From assembly GCA_965205265.1 (NCBI GenBank), contig CBDBGH010000001.1, positions 95,750 to 127,749 of the forward strand: DNA of 32,000 bases. Direction: 5' to 3'. A program made the position numbers and the translations under genes. This DNA comes from Alphaproteobacteria bacterium (lineage in GTDB: Bacteria > Pseudomonadota > Alphaproteobacteria > Bin95). Positions 30,182-32,000 of this stretch are shown here, piece by piece. Position 1 is the stretch's first letter, and every line of letters starts with the position of its first letter. The notes under the pieces are model-generated. The model saw only the letters and a program-made list of their open reading frames with translations, did no database searches and was not told the DNA's origin.

Positions 30182-31416
30182 TCGCGACCCTCCGGTTTCG
30201 AGTGCGTCCGGAGGTCGGTTTGCCTGGCCTCAGCCCAGGTCGCAACGTCGATCTGGCCGGTGACCGCGGCGGTGATCAAAGCGGAACGGAACTCTCGAAG
30301 GAGAACGATCGACCGTTGCGTTTTTTCGACAATCTGCACAATCGTCGAGCGCCACGAGCGAAACTCATCAACAAAGCCGCACTGAAATTCCTTGGAAGGA
30401 AGCGGTATCTTGAAGCTGTAGAAGGCCTCAGTGCCTAAAGATGGCACAGCACCAGGTTGAACCATTGATTTCATGTTTGCTTGTGACAAGCCAAGCAGGG
30501 CGAAATCCGGCTCGATCAGCCTGCCATTCGGAACGAACGCTGACATGTTGTTGTCAATGCAGGCAGCGCGGCCAAGCATTGAGAACCTTCCCAAGAGAAC
30601 CGCGGCGCCGATTTTGGCGAAAACGATAGTGCCTTTGGGAAAGACTGTTGCTCGCAACGATCGTGCGATGTCTTCGGAAACCGTATCGTCTGTGTCGGTG
30701 ATCGTTGCGTCAAGACCGTGAATCGCGAGATGTTTCACCTTGAAGAAGGCGATGTCATTGGATGGGTCACCTTGAAGATTAACGGGAAATCCCGCGCCGT
30801 TCTTCAGCTTGCCGAGCAGACGAACACGCCATGCACGAGCATCTATCTGCGAAAACTTGTGCGCGATGTACGAATTCTCCCATTCCTGTACGAGTTCCGT
30901 CAAGCGCCGCTTCCTCTCGACCAGCCGGTCGATGCGGGCGGTCTCGCGGTCGAGGAAATCGGCGATGCGGCGCTGGGTGGTGAGGTCGGGCAAGTCGATT
31001 CCCATCGACAGAAAGGCATCTGGATATAAGCGAAGGCGTGACTCGATGATTCCCTTTGAACGCGCTTTGAAGACCGTATGCATATGTGCGGAGCGCAAGT
31101 AGTGGTGAATGAATCGCTGATCTGCGTAGAGCGGGTTCACCTGATAGACGGCATATGCTGGGCTAACAATTCCATCGTAGTCAGATACGCCGTACGCGCC
31201 TTTCCAAGCCAGCATATAGTTCATTACCAAGTCGCCTGCGTATACCCTACGGTATCCTTCCAATGACTCTGCGCGACTTTCGGCAGCATCTTCGCCAAAG
31301 ACTTCGGCGCGTGGTTTCACGCCAAAGTATTCAGAGACTGACAATAGCGTCTCCTGACCTGTGGCGGAAAACTCAATTCGTTCGGGCATGAAATGCTTGA
31401 AACGCCTACGGCTCAC
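30178..31416 (-). CDS. hsdS: Type I restriction enzyme S (specificity) subunit
   Basis: From GTG 31416 (overlapping the hsdM TGA): VSRRRFKHFMPERIEFSATGQE...; LPDLTTQRRIADFLDRETARIDRLVERKRRLTELVQEW; second TRD; FRSALITAAVTGQIDV. Confidence 0.92.
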   Translation of the reverse strand: MSRRRFKHFMPERIEFSATGQETLLSVSEYFGVKPRAEVFGEDAAESRAESLEGYRRVYAGDLVMNYMLAWKGAYGVSDYDGIVSPAYAVYQVNPLYADQRFIHHYLRSAHMHTVFKARSKGIIESRLRLYPDAFLSMGIDLPDLTTQRRIADFLDRETARIDRLVERKRRLTELVQEWENSYIAHKFSQIDARAWRVRLLGKLKNGAGFPVNLQGDPSNDIAFFKVKHLAIHGLDATITDTDDTVSEDIARSLRATVFPKGTIVFAKIGAAVLLGRFSMLGRAACIDNNMSAFVPNGRLIEPDFALLGLSQANMKSMVQPGAVPSLGTEAFYSFKIPLPSKEFQCGFVDEFRSWRSTIVQIVEKTQRSIVLLREFRSALITAAVTGQIDVATWAEARQTDLRTHSKPEGRE

Positions 31417-32000
31417 CCCGCCACTTCCTTCAGCAGCCCCGCGATTTCCGCTTCCAGCGCCTTCAGCTCGGCGTCTATCTCCTCCAGCGGGCGCGGGGGC
31501 ACGTAGCTGTAGAAGTAACGGTTGAAGTTGATCTCGTAACCGACGCGGCCGACCTGCCGGTCCCGGGAATCCACGTAGCTCCCGTCGACCCATGCGTCCG
31601 GCACGAAGGGCAGGACCTCGCGCTCCATGTAGTCCCGCCAGTCCTCGCCCAGGGGCACGCGCTCGTGGTCGCGCAGCTCGGTGTCCGGCTCCGGTCCGCC
31701 GTCCTTCCCGATGCAGACGTCCGCCGTTTCGTCCCGCTCGGAGAGCGCGGCCAGGATCGCCTTCCTGACCGGTGCGCCGGTCTTCAGGCCGCTGGCATCC
31801 AGCGCTTCCGACAGGGCCTTCCCGAAGGCGTCCCGATTGGTGAAGGTACCGTCACCCATGGTGCGGAGCGCGGCCTCGATGGCGGCCCTGCTGGCCCCGT
31901 CCTGCCGCGCATAGGCCCTCTGGCCGGAAAGGCGGGCAAGGCGTTCGGCATCGACCCGGAAGTTCAGCCTCAGCGGACGCTCGACGCGGATCTCGCGGTA
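31413..32000 (-). CDS. hsdM: Type I restriction enzyme M subunit, C-terminal part (gene runs off the window)
   Basis: Reads open from the window edge: YREIRVERPLRLNFRVDAERLARLSGQRAYARQDGASRAAIEAALRTMGDG...DRQVGRVGYEINFNRYFYSYVPPRPLEEIDAELKALEAEIAGLLKEVAG*. Confidence 0.9.
   Translation of the reverse strand, partial: YREIRVERPLRLNFRVDAERLARLSGQRAYARQDGASRAAIEAALRTMGDGTFTNRDAFGKALSEALDASGLKTGAPVRKAILAALSERDETADVCIGKDGGPEPDTELRDHERVPLGEDWRDYMEREVLPFVPDAWVDGSYVDSRDRQVGRVGYEINFNRYFYSYVPPRPLEEIDAELKALEAEIAGLLKEVAG

Noticed and set aside
27230-30385. 1051-aa plus-strand ORF antisense to hsdR
   Set aside because: It lies entirely opposite a convincing HsdR/HsdS coding strand, and its product lacks recognisable domains; typical GC-rich antisense open frame.

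Overview
This is an accessory, defence- and toxin-rich island, GC-rich and heavily rearranged by IS elements. Reading left to right: (1) a frameshifted C5-cytosine methyltransferase followed by an HNH endonuclease (type II R-M-like); (2) an AAA+ ATPase; (3) three related copies of a Phd-like antitoxin / PIN-toxin module; (4) an RTX (GGxGxD) calcium-binding protein gene split by an IS110 element; (5) a decayed N4/N6 DNA methyltransferase; (6) a decayed DUF4338-IS4-type transposase; (7) an IS1595-family element at 12115..15099 with matching terminal inverted repeats and a flanking AATCGGAAA duplication, whose four genes are joined by 4-nt stop/start overlaps (transposase, D12/Dam-type adenine methyltransferase, NotI-like endonuclease, and a 57-aa protein too short for the supplied ORF track); (8) a HigB/RelE-HigA module; (9) a second IS110 copy splitting a vapC; (10) an AbiEii fragment and a BrnT/BrnA module; (11) a lipoprotein metalloprotease with a possible TbpB-like C-terminal domain; (12) a type I R-M operon (hsdM partial, hsdS, hsdR). 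The two strongest signals are the transposon-borne R-M cassette and the conserved noncoding 5' regions of the two IS110 copies. Those regions look like bridge RNAs: one long stem shows a compensatory base-pair change, and the two short segments that differ between copies each match that copy's own insertion site on the two sides of a CT core. All identity calls come from motif reading; no database search was run.
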